Sequence record: ON185587.1
Strand: one strand, 5' to 3'
DNA length: 50,988 nucleotides
Source: Escherichia phage EC167
A program made the position numbers and the translations under genes. This document shows positions 39,633 through 48,379 of this stretch, in pieces; positions within the stretch are counted from its first letter, which is position 1, and the number at the start of each line of letters is the position of its first letter. A model generated the notes under the pieces. That model was not told the DNA's origin. It saw nothing but the letters and a program-made list of their open reading frames with translations, and did no database searches.

Positions 39633-40149
39633 GATTTTTATGATACCCCAATTCATTCTCGGCTTTACGTTTTGCGGCAACAGCATCTCCAAAACTGGAA
39701 AAACAACCTATATAAATCCTACTTCCTCGCTTTCCGCCTCCAACCCTTACAACCCATTTGCCATGTTTATTTTTATGCACACATGGTATGCCACTTTTAT
39801 TGTTTTTCTGCTTTGATGTGTTTCGCATATTTCCTTTGTGATCTTTTAACTCAAAGTTTATTGCTCTGTTATCAGTCGTAATGTGATTTACGTGATCAAC
39901 CTCCTTTCCTTCAGGTATAGGCCCATAGTGCATTTCATAGCATATTCTATGAATTTTCAGGTTATAACGTTTTCCGTTTACAGTAAGTGCAGTTTCTAAA
40001 TATCTGCCACCACTACCCAAAGAGCCAACCTCATTACCAGCATTGCAAGCATTCCATTGTTTAGCTCTTGATTGGTGAATATCTTTTCTTTCTTTCCAGA
40101 ACAGCTTTCCAGTTTCTGGATTGTATGTAAAGTAATCATGCCAATTCAT
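39622..40149 (-). CDS. HNH homing endonuclease with AP2 domain
   Basis: HNH motif (HRICYEMHYG..VDHVNH..DNR..N) and AP2-like SGIPCV segment. Confidence 0.7.
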   Translation of the reverse strand: MNWHDYFTYNPETGKLFWKERKDIHQSRAKQWNACNAGNEVGSLGSGGRYLETALTVNGKRYNLKIHRICYEMHYGPIPEGKEVDHVNHITTDNRAINFELKDHKGNMRNTSKQKNNKSGIPCVHKNKHGKWVVRVGGGKRGSRIYIGCFSSFGDAVAAKRKAENELGYHKNHGK

Positions 40150-40157
40150 TCATTACC

Positions 40158-40382
40158 TCAAAACGGAAAACAGCGCGGACAACTAGGATCGAAATCGCAT
40201 CCACAATCATTAACAATCATATTTGGATCTGCAAATATTGCGCTTGATTCAAGATCCATATCCATATCACCTAAAGCCTCATCAAGAGTCTTAATTTTAT
40301 ATGCCACTTCAAGCGCCGCCTCTTTATTTAGTCCGGCATCTTCTGCCATTTGAAGGCGCTCAAAAAAACCGTCTTGACTCAT
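40158..40382 (-). CDS. hypothetical protein with C-terminal Cys cluster
   Basis: 74 aa; acidic; CGCDFDPSCPRC at C-terminus. Confidence 0.4.
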   Translation of the reverse strand: MSQDGFFERLQMAEDAGLNKEAALEVAYKIKTLDEALGDMDMDLESSAIFADPNMIVNDCGCDFDPSCPRCFPF

Positions 40383-40493
40383 CAGATCATCACCTTAAAC
40401 ATAATATAAATTAATGCCACACATGACGCCGCAAGAGTGACTACAAGCATAAAAACAACAACAGAAAGAGCAATATAAGTAATTTTATTCATC
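40383..40493 (-). CDS. putative 36-aa hydrophobic membrane peptide
   Basis: Not in ORF track; MNKITYIALSVVVFMLVVTLAASCVALIYIMFKVMI; stop overlaps next start; coordinates approximate. Confidence 0.25.
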
Positions 40494-40538
40494 GTTCATT
40501 CCTATATTTAAGGGCGCGCATTAGCGCCCATCAATTTA

Positions 40539-40775
40539 TTATGCAGCTTTCCAATTTTGAATATAGAATGAGTATTCATTCAGCATTTCTTTTAATCCAG
40601 CCTCGCTGAATTTACGCAACTTACCGCCAGGATGAATACCGACAGTGTAACCGCCCTTACCTTCTGTGATGGTTAACTGGTTGATTCCGCTAGATTTATC
40701 AAGTCGAACAATAACGCGGTGATGTGCCGTAACAGTCGCCATAATATTTTCAACTTTGATTGATTTTGCAGTCAT
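40539..40775 (-). CDS. hypothetical protein
   Basis: 78 aa from internal ATG with GAGGA RBS (ORF-track start 40847). Confidence 0.4.
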   Translation of the reverse strand: MTAKSIKVENIMATVTAHHRVIVRLDKSSGINQLTITEGKGGYTVGIHPGGKLRKFSEAGLKEMLNEYSFYIQNWKAA

Positions 40776-40883
40776 TCTATATTCCTCAGTTAAAGTAAGA
40801 GTGTCGTGGCGCTCTTTTTCCGTCGCCGCCGTAATGGTCATTTGCAACCGCCACCATCCAAGCGTTTTTGAAAATAAATAGCC

Positions 40884-41096
40884 TCATTTCTTATTTTTCA
40901 GCTTAAATTTATGACCTGGAACACCAGCGCCAATATACCCATCGTTGTATTCCATTAAATAAAGGTGAAGACCATTATCTGAAATTACATGAGGATCTTC
41001 TTTGAGATTTCCCATTAGTGGATATTCTTTTCCGCGCGTGAATCTCCATGTTGAGTTATAAGTTTCTACGCATTTAAGTTTTAATTGCTTTGCCAT
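40884..41096 (-). CDS. small protein, paralogue family member B
   Basis: 70 aa; shares N-terminal KLKCVETY...F.RG..Y pattern with 38647 and 44932 genes. Confidence 0.45.
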   Translation of the reverse strand: MAKQLKLKCVETYNSTWRFTRGKEYPLMGNLKEDPHVISDNGLHLYLMEYNDGYIGAGVPGHKFKLKNKK

Positions 41097-41377
41097 TATG
41101 CGATCCCAGTTACGTTAAAACTTACAGCCTTTGTTGCGCTAAATACATAAGAATCAACAGCGCCGCCAAATACACGAATTTTACACTGGCCGTACTGCGC
41201 ATTCATATTTCGCCAAACCGTTCTATTAGAGCAGAATGCGCTACCAGTCTTAATAAGCGTATCCATCTCTTTTCTTAGATCGCGATAGTCAAGCCAGAAT
41301 CTAAAGGCGCGCTGTTTAATTCGCGCCGCCTTGATTTTTTCTCTTGCGCTATTGAAATCATTCTTTTCGTATGCCAT
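41096..41377 (-). CDS. hypothetical protein
   Basis: 93 aa; GGAG RBS; overlaps downstream start. Confidence 0.4.
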   Translation of the reverse strand: MAYEKNDFNSAREKIKAARIKQRAFRFWLDYRDLRKEMDTLIKTGSAFCSNRTVWRNMNAQYGQCKIRVFGGAVDSYVFSATKAVSFNVTGIA

Positions 41378-41514
41378 TAAATGATCTCCATGTATGTTTC
41401 AAAGCCATTTAACTTGAACAGGCCGTTTTCACATTTGCGCACGTTCCAAGTTAGCCCTGGCGGCCCTGCAAAATGCCTCCGCCAGATCCAAATCATTTTC
41501 GGTAATCACCGCCA

Positions 41515-41787
41515 TTACTTCTTGATCTCCTCACTGATAAATTTCAGCACCTGACGCAAGAAAACCTCGTTGCTGATAGTCGCTGGCAATTCTTCTTTCA
41601 CTTCTTGCGGCAGATAGATATTGCCGTGCCAGGTCAAGCAATCGTAGTTGATACGATAAGAGCAAAGCAACTCGCAATCGTTATCTCCTTCCCAAATGCA
41701 GAGTTGCAGAACATCGCCAAAATCTTCAACAGTCAGATCCAGACCGTGACGCTTAGCGAAATTGAAAGTGGTTTTGCTGATGTTCAT
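41515..41787 (-). CDS. hypothetical protein, first gene of minus-strand early operon
   Basis: 90 aa; AGGAG RBS; motif-type promoter upstream. Confidence 0.45.
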   Translation of the reverse strand: MNISKTTFNFAKRHGLDLTVEDFGDVLQLCIWEGDNDCELLCSYRINYDCLTWHGNIYLPQEVKEELPATISNEVFLRQVLKFISEEIKK

Positions 41788-42458
41788 TGCTATCTCCTGA
41801 TCGGTTCGTTTTGATGTGTGTAATGTACCCGATCAGGTGGCCTGAGTTTTAACAAAAAGTGCTATTTGACGGTTAGCGCCAGGATTGCGATCGAAATAAT
41901 CATAAGTAATCATTCGTAATCAAATCACGTCAAAATGATGATTGCCTTTGCAAATTTGATGAGAAAAGCAATCACGTTTAATCATTGGTTGCAGGGGAGA
42001 TAGTGAAACCTTCCCCTCTCGCCTCACTTTTTTGCCTGGCTGTCAGTGGTTGTTATGTTCCGTTCCTGCGTGTTCTTTTGTTGACCTTCCGCAAAATACG
42101 ATAACAAAAAATAACAAACAATACCTATATAATACATTGAAAAATAAGGATTATTTATTTATATGTATCTATATATTCTCTTTTGTTATCTTGGTTATTG
42201 TGGTATTTGGTGGGGGTATATAGTTTTTGTGTATCTGTATGTGTGTATGGGTATGTAGGGGTATATATATCTATATGGCGCTTTCCGCGAGAAAACTTCG
42301 ATAACAAGCAATGATAACATTGATTTATAAGGAAAAATAACGCCTATATTGTTATTGTGCCACCATATAAAATTGATAAAACACGCGGGAACAAGAAAAA
42401 ACAGTTGACACATTAAATAGCATTATTGATAATGCCCACACCTAACAACCAGGAGGCA
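41788..42458. promoter_or_regulatory. AT-rich non-coding control region 2 (divergent promoters, iterons, dyads)
   Basis: 671 bp without credible ORF; TAATCAT repeats phased at 10 bp (41897, 41907, 41917) plus further copies; hairpin + U-tract at about 42003-42045; GT-rich repeats homologous to region 1; GGGAACAAGAAAAA box; TTGACA-17-GATAAT promoter for early genes. Confidence 0.6.
41846..41866 (-). promoter_or_regulatory. conserved intergenic motif (minus orientation)
   Basis: Minus strand: AATAGCACTTTTTGTTAAAAC upstream of 41787 gene. Confidence 0.5.
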
Positions 42459-42926
42459 GAAATGAGCGAGCAATCATTCACTGACACGCTGCGCCGTGCC
42501 GCTATTATGCTGGCTAATGGCGAGGAAGAGACGATCAAGATTCCTGACGCGTATTTGCAGGTCCACATGTTCGGCAAGAAGTCGGCAAGCAATCCGGCGG
42601 CCTACATTCGCCAGATCATGAGTCGAGTGCCAGAAGTCGCCGAGCGGGGGCGCGTATCCGTTACCCGTGACGTTTACGGGCCGGAAGATGAAAACTTCGG
42701 TAGCACTTTCTACGAGGTGCGGATTGTTGAAGGCCGTCGCAAGGTTTACAACAAAGAGGCACTGGAAAGGGCAGTGCGCCAGGCTAAGCGCAAGGTTGCA
42801 GAGGCGATCATTGATATGTCACCAAACCTGGCAAACTATGCGCCGGAAGAGTATGAAACGTTATCAAAGGCCGTCGCTGACTTTCACGCGATGATCAAAA
42901 AAACTTTCCTGGAGGATGAACAATGA
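42459..42926 (+). CDS. hypothetical early protein (first gene of plus-strand early operon)
   Basis: 155 aa from ATG 42459 (RBS CAGGAGG); immediately downstream of TTGACA-17-GATAAT promoter. Confidence 0.5.
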   Translation, partial: EMSEQSFTDTLRRAAIMLANGEEETIKIPDAYLQVHMFGKKSASNPAAYIRQIMSRVPEVAERGRVSVTRDVYGPEDENFGSTFYEVRIVEGRRKVYNKEALERAVRQAKRKVAEAIIDMSPNLANYAPEEYETLSKAVADFHAMIKKTFLEDEQ

Positions 42927-43194
42927 AAAGGCGTTAATCGGTGTTTTGGTGGCAATGGCATTCCTGACCGGGTGCAAAGAAGATGGCGCGCATGTTGGCA
43001 ATGTGCAGATGGCTAACCCTGGCGATGACTACAGCGTAAGGGAGCTATTCACCGCTGACGGTTGCACCGTTTACCGATTCTATGACGGTCGCACTGTTTA
43101 CTTCACCAACTGCAAGGGCGCTACTAGCTGGGAAGTGTCGAAAAGCAATGGCAAAGGCACGAAGACAGAACATATGACCGTCGAGGCAAAATAG
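42916..43194 (+). CDS. small lipoprotein
   Basis: 92 aa; signal peptide with lipobox (AFLTG-C); four Cys in mature part. Confidence 0.5.
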   Translation: MNNEKALIGVLVAMAFLTGCKEDGAHVGNVQMANPGDDYSVRELFTADGCTVYRFYDGRTVYFTNCKGATSWEVSKSNGKGTKTEHMTVEAK

Positions 43195-43210
43195 CACTTT
43201 TTGTTAAAAC
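43190..43210 (+). promoter_or_regulatory. conserved intergenic motif + dyad GCCAGGTGCAAAGCCTGGC + CATAAT
   Basis: Canonical copy; TAG stop of lipoprotein gene inside motif. Confidence 0.5.
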
Positions 43211-43266
43211 GCCAGGTGCAAAGCCTGGCATAATAGCCTCATCGAAACGAGATTGAGGAAACAAAA

Positions 43267-43452
43267 ATGGCACGTCGCATCACCAAAGACCTTAAAGTCC
43301 TGAACAAAGAAAACGTAGTTAAAATCCTGGTTATCTGGGGCTACAGCGAAGAAACAGCAAAGCAGAAGGTAGAGGTAGGTTATGATCTGGCTGTAAAAGC
43401 AATGCCAAACGACGACGCCAAAGGCATTGCAAACTATGTAGCGTTCTTTTAA
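43267..43452 (+). CDS. hypothetical protein
   Basis: 61 aa, GAGGAA RBS. Confidence 0.4.
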   Translation: MARRITKDLKVLNKENVVKILVIWGYSEETAKQKVEVGYDLAVKAMPNDDAKGIANYVAFF

Positions 43453-43467
43453 TTAGCAGGTGAATAA

Positions 43468-43653
43468 ATGAAAACGAAATTAGTCCATAAGTCAGAAATC
43501 AAGATCGGCGATACTGTGATTCACAACGGAGAGCTTAGAACGGTAGGCAAAGAGTCAATAAGCCACGATGAATTTATGGGGATCTTGTTGTTCGGTGACT
43601 CTTATCATCTTGGTTACAAGATGGTTGAGCTTGTGGAAGAGGTAAAATTCTAA
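43468..43653 (+). CDS. hypothetical protein
   Basis: 61 aa, RBS. Confidence 0.4.
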   Translation: MKTKLVHKSEIKIGDTVIHNGELRTVGKESISHDEFMGILLFGDSYHLGYKMVELVEEVKF

Positions 43654-43673
43654 ATAGCACTTTTTGTTAAAAC
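43653..43673 (+). promoter_or_regulatory. conserved intergenic motif + GCATAAT
   Basis: Canonical motif; no clear dyad in this copy. Confidence 0.5.
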
Positions 43674-43751
43674 TCGAAAGCGATAACCAGGCATAATAAA
43701 TCACATAGGGCGGCACGGCGTCGCCCACAAAACCAATCAGGAGAAAGCACC

Positions 43752-44633
43752 ATGTTAAAACTTACTGACATTAAATTCCCGATCACCTTCGAATCTCGCG
43801 GCGTTGGTCATTTCATGTTTACCGACGAGAAGACATGCACTAAGTTTAACGAATACGGAAGTCCAAACGCTTCAACAATGGAGATTGAACACTTCATTGA
43901 AGCGCACAATAAACAATACAACTCACTCAGAGACTACGGTTACGCAATGCCAGGCTACACCTGTTTCCACTACAAGCCATATAAAGGCCAGGTGTTGCCA
44001 GTGCGATCACCGGAACGCGCAGAGATTCCGATGGTCGAGATGAAAACATGCGACTATAAAAAGCTGTGGTGCTTAAGTCTGGACAATATCAAGTATCCGA
44101 TCGTATTCCGCGCGGATGGTAACTCAACGATTCGCTATACGTCACCAGACAACGGCGTTTATAGCGACGGTCAGAAATCAGAGCTTAAGGTTGATTTCTT
44201 TGTCAACGGTCACAATAGACACAATCCGCACAACGAAAAAGATAAAGTGTATTACGTGGAAGATATTACAAAACACTTGTTTGGCGACGCTCCAATTGGC
44301 GGCGGTAAGCCATATTTTGCGCAGGCGATAGATAACGCTGCCAGACGCATTGGTGAGCAGATTCACAGTCAAACAATCAAGGCGTCTGTTCTTGTTGCGC
44401 AAGATGTCGTAAGTAAGAGCGCCATTGAAGACATGCCAGTTGCCGCCACGTTAAAAGGCGTTCAGCTTGATGATGGTGTGTGGTTTGAAGTAACGGCTAC
44501 ACCAAAGACGATCGAGATTCATGATGACGTTGTTATTCTTCTGCTTCACTACGGCGGCTATAAAAACCGGACTGTTGCGGGTGAGATCAGCATCAAGCGC
44601 GGAACGATGGTTAAGTGGAAGGTGAAGATTTGA
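43752..44633 (+). CDS. hypothetical early protein with internal tandem domain duplication
   Basis: 293 aa; residues ~4-80 and ~110-190 share pattern (IKFPITFESRG / IKYPIVFRADG); RBS AGGAGAAAG. Confidence 0.45.
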   Translation: MLKLTDIKFPITFESRGVGHFMFTDEKTCTKFNEYGSPNASTMEIEHFIEAHNKQYNSLRDYGYAMPGYTCFHYKPYKGQVLPVRSPERAEIPMVEMKTCDYKKLWCLSLDNIKYPIVFRADGNSTIRYTSPDNGVYSDGQKSELKVDFFVNGHNRHNPHNEKDKVYYVEDITKHLFGDAPIGGGKPYFAQAIDNAARRIGEQIHSQTIKASVLVAQDVVSKSAIEDMPVAATLKGVQLDDGVWFEVTATPKTIEIHDDVVILLLHYGGYKNRTVAGEISIKRGTMVKWKVKI

Positions 44634-44857
44634 GTTTGCTCACTGCGGCGCACGTCGCCGCATGGATCGGATTGTTTGCCTACCTGTTTAGCTTTTATTG
44701 AGGTGAGAGATGGCTACCTGGATTTTGCTGATTCTTATGATTGATGGCGGCGTTGACCATATCGAAATGAATAGCCAGCAATCTTGCATTGAGGCACGAG
44801 AGCAGATCAAGAACAACAACAGGTTTTATGCGTACACTCACACGCTATGCATTAAGA

Positions 44858-44878
44858 AATAGCACTTTTTGTTAAAGC
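44858..44878 (+). promoter_or_regulatory. conserved intergenic motif + TATAAT inside dyad
   Basis: AATAGCACTTTTTGTTAAAGC then GGCCAGGTATAATGGCC. Confidence 0.5.
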
Positions 44879-44931
44879 TCAAATGTGGGGCCAGGTATAA
44901 TGGCCTCACTTTCAACGAAGGAGATAAAACG

Positions 44932-45150
44932 ATGTACATTAAAAAGAAGATGAAATGCGTTTCCGTTAACTATGCTTGCTCTGGCATGTTCAAGCCTGGC
45001 GAAATCTATACGGCGCAAAAACTGAAATCATCAACCGGATCTTTTTACGTGAGCAATAGTAAGGGTCATCGCATGTTCCTGAACGGCGGCGAAGGCACTA
45101 AGGTTATGGCACACGCTATGGTAATGGCGGAATTTGAGGAAGTGAAATAA
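44932..45150 (+). CDS. small protein, paralogue family member C
   Basis: 72 aa from ATG 44932 (AAGGAG RBS); N-terminal KKKMKCVSVNY...FKPGEIY and C-terminal AEF shared with member A. Confidence 0.5.
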   Translation: MYIKKKMKCVSVNYACSGMFKPGEIYTAQKLKSSTGSFYVSNSKGHRMFLNGGEGTKVMAHAMVMAEFEEVK

Positions 45151-45152
45151 TC

Positions 45153-45362
45153 ATGGACAAGAACAAAACAGCAAAATATAAATTCACCGACGACTACGGA
45201 GACACCATCGACGTTTATCAGCGTGGAAATAAGATCTTTATAGATGGCACTTTCGAATATGGCCGGATGCCAGACTTTCGGGGAATACTTTCGGCAGATA
45301 GCGCGCGACGCATGGCGAACGTGTTAAATAAACTGGCGGCAAAGATTGAGGCGATGCAATGA
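45153..45362 (+). CDS. hypothetical protein
   Basis: 69 aa. Confidence 0.4.
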   Translation: MDKNKTAKYKFTDDYGDTIDVYQRGNKIFIDGTFEYGRMPDFRGILSADSARRMANVLNKLAAKIEAMQ

Positions 45363-46084
45363 AAAAATACACTTTCGAACTGTGGGGCAAGAAGTACGAA
45401 TTAATGACCAGTAAGCCGATTGTTATCGTTGACATGGACGGCACGCTATCGGACGGATCGCATCGCTTGCACTTGCTGCCAACTGAAAACTTGCACCTTA
45501 CCGAAAGCTGGTCCAAGTTCAACAAGGCCGCCGCCAAAGATGCGCCGATTAGTAGCACGATTGCTGTTATTAACGGATTGTGGGTATCTGGATTTGCAAT
45601 CGTTATCCTGACCGGACGCAGCGACGAAGTTCGCCAGGAAACGAAACACTGGCTTAATGATAATGGAGTCAAGCACGACGCGTTAATCATGCGCCGCAAG
45701 GAAGATAACAGAAAAGACACGATCATCAAAGAGGAAGTCTTGCGAGCTATCGGACTGGAAAACATTGTGTGCGCTTTTGACGATTCGCCGAACGTGGTTA
45801 AGCACTTCCGCAGCTTGGGTATTACAACCTATCAGGTCACGGAATACGACAAGCCACACGCTCACATACAATCTCACGGCGTGGAATCAATCAAGATAAC
45901 GAAGCGCGCCCGATTCGTTGGCAGCAAAGATATCCTTGTCAATGCCAGCTTTACCAGAGGAATAGCCTATGACGTTGTTTCTTATCATGACAAGAGTTTA
46001 TGGTTCATGATGATTCTGGATGCGCCTGGTCATTCAATCATAGTGACGGCGATTTTGTTAATGCGTAATAGCACTTTTTGTTAA
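45359..46084 (+). CDS. HAD-superfamily phosphatase (nucleotidase / polynucleotide 3'-phosphatase-like)
   Basis: DxDGT motif I (IVIVDMDGTLSD), downstream T/S and K/D motifs of HAD fold; overlaps upstream stop. Confidence 0.55.
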   Translation: MKKYTFELWGKKYELMTSKPIVIVDMDGTLSDGSHRLHLLPTENLHLTESWSKFNKAAAKDAPISSTIAVINGLWVSGFAIVILTGRSDEVRQETKHWLNDNGVKHDALIMRRKEDNRKDTIIKEEVLRAIGLENIVCAFDDSPNVVKHFRSLGITTYQVTEYDKPHAHIQSHGVESIKITKRARFVGSKDILVNASFTRGIAYDVVSYHDKSLWFMMILDAPGHSIIVTAILLMRNSTFC

Positions 46085-46087
46085 AAC
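46067..46087 (+). promoter_or_regulatory. conserved intergenic motif + dyad enclosing TATAGT
   Basis: AATAGCACTTTTTGTTAAAAC; GGGCTTGCGGTATAGTAAGCCC; overlaps 3' end of phosphatase gene. Confidence 0.5.
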
Positions 46088-46142
46088 ATCTTAACGGGCT
46101 TGCGGTATAGTAAGCCCATCAGCAACAAACGAGGATTAAATC

Positions 46143-46406
46143 ATGGCTAACAAGATCGAATTTTTTAAAGCGGTAGATATTATCGACGGCGCGCATTGCT
46201 TCTTCGCTATCCATTCTATTGACGGCAAGGATATTGGGTACAACGTTATCCGTCGAGATGGAATATCAAAACTTAGTGACCTGGTAGGCCATATTGTGTC
46301 AATCGGGAAATGCGCATGGCCCGATTCGCCACGAGAGCCGCGCCGCCGCGACATGATTAATCCTGAATTGCTTTACACGCTGGTAGTAGAGGGAGAAAAT
46401 AAATGA
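46143..46406 (+). CDS. hypothetical protein
   Basis: 87 aa, RBS GAGGA. Confidence 0.4.
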   Translation: MANKIEFFKAVDIIDGAHCFFAIHSIDGKDIGYNVIRRDGISKLSDLVGHIVSIGKCAWPDSPREPRRRDMINPELLYTLVVEGENK

Positions 46407-46588
46407 TTTGGTTACTTGCTTTTTGGGTTGTTTTTCTTTACATTTCAGGCTTGTTTACGTTCCGCGCGTTGGTGAAATATTCTGACGCGACAGACAAAGA
46501 CGATAAAATCGTTCTCGCTTTCTGGTTTGTTTGGGTGTGGTTAGCAATTTACGAGATCATCAGAGACAAACAGAAATTTGAGTGGTGA
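46403..46588 (+). CDS. small membrane protein (two hydrophobic helices)
   Basis: 61 aa; Trp/Phe-rich hydrophobic segments. Confidence 0.4.
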   Translation: MIWLLAFWVVFLYISGLFTFRALVKYSDATDKDDKIVLAFWFVWVWLAIYEIIRDKQKFEW

Positions 46589-46788
46589 TTCTTGCTATGG
46601 CGCATTCATTCAGTGCGCCATGTTGAGAAAACCTAAAGGGGGAAATGATGCGTAACTTTGAAAAAATCATTACCAAAAAGAAGCGTCGCGGGTACGATGA
46701 GCATGTGGAGTTTGTGAACAAGCAACGCAAGAAGCGCCATAGACGCGAAATGCTGCATAATATCAACTCACACTATGGAGAAAAATAA

Positions 46789-46980
46789 ATGCAATTGCCA
46801 CCATTTGACAAAAAAAGCGAAGAGATTGCCAAAACTGCATGTCACCTTCGAGAGCTTGCCGACATGATAGAGCGCGGTCAGGTTATGATTGTCAATATGA
46901 CGATTAAAAGCGAGAATAGAAATTTCAAGGTTTTAAGCGAGACAACAGAAATTACTGTGTTGAAAGCAAGGGGAGAATAA
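46789..46980 (+). CDS. hypothetical protein
   Basis: 63 aa. Confidence 0.35.
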   Translation: MQLPPFDKKSEEIAKTACHLRELADMIERGQVMIVNMTIKSENRNFKVLSETTEITVLKARGE

Positions 46981-46982
46981 TC

Positions 46983-47573
46983 ATGAAACGAGACATTATT
47001 ATCCTTAATGGGCCGCCTGGCTGTGGAAAGGACACTATTGCAGCTTACCTAACGGGCCATCGTTACCCAGCGGTTAAGGCATCATTCAAGCAACCTATGT
47101 TCGACATTGCTTTTTCTATGCTTGGCCCGACTCGATACGATGAATTTATGGACCTGTACAACGACAGAGAGCAAAAAGAAAATCCTCAAGTTATCTTAGG
47201 CGGCAAGTCACCTCGACAATTCATGATCTGGATTAGCGAGGATGTAATGAAGCCAGTTTTTGGGGATCACTATTTCGGGCGTCGAATGGTTGAAGAGATT
47301 CACGATATGTACCGAGATTTGGCGGTTGTGATCAGTGATGGCGGATTCCCCGAAGAAATCAAGCCGATTGTTAATGCAGGGCATGAAGTGCATATTTGCC
47401 GATTGCATCGCGACGGCTTCACGTTTGCTGGCGATTCGCGAAACTATATTGACCTGAGCGGTTATCACTATCGAATCCATCACTATGATTTCCACTTGCA
47501 GGACGGCAAGCAGGAACTTGCTGTAAACGAGATCGTCAATACTGTCAAATGGAAACACACACAGATTAAATAG
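46983..47573 (+). CDS. P-loop nucleotide kinase (dNMP kinase-like)
   Basis: Walker A GPPGCGKDT at N-terminus; size ~196 aa; resembles phage deoxynucleoside monophosphate kinases by motif only. Confidence 0.5.
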   Translation: MKRDIIILNGPPGCGKDTIAAYLTGHRYPAVKASFKQPMFDIAFSMLGPTRYDEFMDLYNDREQKENPQVILGGKSPRQFMIWISEDVMKPVFGDHYFGRRMVEEIHDMYRDLAVVISDGGFPEEIKPIVNAGHEVHICRLHRDGFTFAGDSRNYIDLSGYHYRIHHYDFHLQDGKQELAVNEIVNTVKWKHTQIK

Positions 47574-47589
47574 CACGAATTGCTAAACG
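47569..47589 (+). promoter_or_regulatory. conserved intergenic motif variant + dyad GCGGGG..CCCCGC + TATAAT
   Basis: AATAGCACGAATTGCTAAACG; TAG stop of kinase gene inside motif. Confidence 0.5.
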
Positions 47590-47643
47590 CGGGGTTATCG
47601 GCCCCGCTATAATGCTCACATCAACAAGCAATAGGAAATCGCA

Positions 47644-48024
47644 ATGGTTAACATCAGAAAAATCCGCGTCGGCACTAAATTCTTAGTTACTTACGCAATT
47701 CCAGAGAGCGGAATGAAGAAGGGCCAGATTGTTAAGGTTGATAGCAAAAGGTTCGGAATCCCTGGTATCAATGGCTATCTAATCAATAGAGATCTTGGAT
47801 TCGACGGATTCGCTATCCGTGCGCTTGATGGTATTGTTGCCACTCTTAAACGAATCACTAATCATCGCGGCTGCCCAATCAAGACGATTAAAGCGCCAGT
47901 AAATTACGGCAAACTGGATAATCGTCGAATCCGCCGCCTGGCGCGTAACGCGTTAAAATTCCGTGGCGTAGGCGATGATTTCTACTATGGATACAAGAGG
48001 ATTGCGCGCAATGCTGGGAAATAA
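47644..48024 (+). CDS. hypothetical basic protein
   Basis: 126 aa, Arg/Lys-rich. Confidence 0.4.
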   Translation: MVNIRKIRVGTKFLVTYAIPESGMKKGQIVKVDSKRFGIPGINGYLINRDLGFDGFAIRALDGIVATLKRITNHRGCPIKTIKAPVNYGKLDNRRIRRLARNALKFRGVGDDFYYGYKRIARNAGK

Positions 48025-48123
48025 CAATAACGCAACGAATCCTAAGCCACCTTTTGATTTTCATTCCGCAATGATTGCGGTATTATCAATGCTACTTTTT
48101 CTTTATAGCACGAGGGCGCTACT

Positions 48124-48372
48124 ATGGTTTTTAGCGCATTGAAACGACTGTTTAAGCCGGAATACCGGATCGTATTTTGCCGCGACTGTTCTACTTATCA
48201 TGTGCAGCGACGCAGCTTAGGCGGCAATTGGCACTATGTTACAGACGACTTTTTCGGCATCATTGCCACTGAATTTAAGTATTACAGTGATGCTTATATG
48301 TACGTCAAGAAGCGCCACCGCTTACGCAAGTGTCGTTTTTCCGTACTGATTCACATTAATGATTGTTACTGA
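48124..48372 (+). CDS. hypothetical protein
   Basis: 82 aa; preceded by TTGATT-dyad-TATTAT promoter-like arrangement. Confidence 0.4.
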   Translation: MVFSALKRLFKPEYRIVFCRDCSTYHVQRRSLGGNWHYVTDDFFGIIATEFKYYSDAYMYVKKRHRLRKCRFSVLIHINDCY

Positions 48373-48379
48373 GGTGAAA

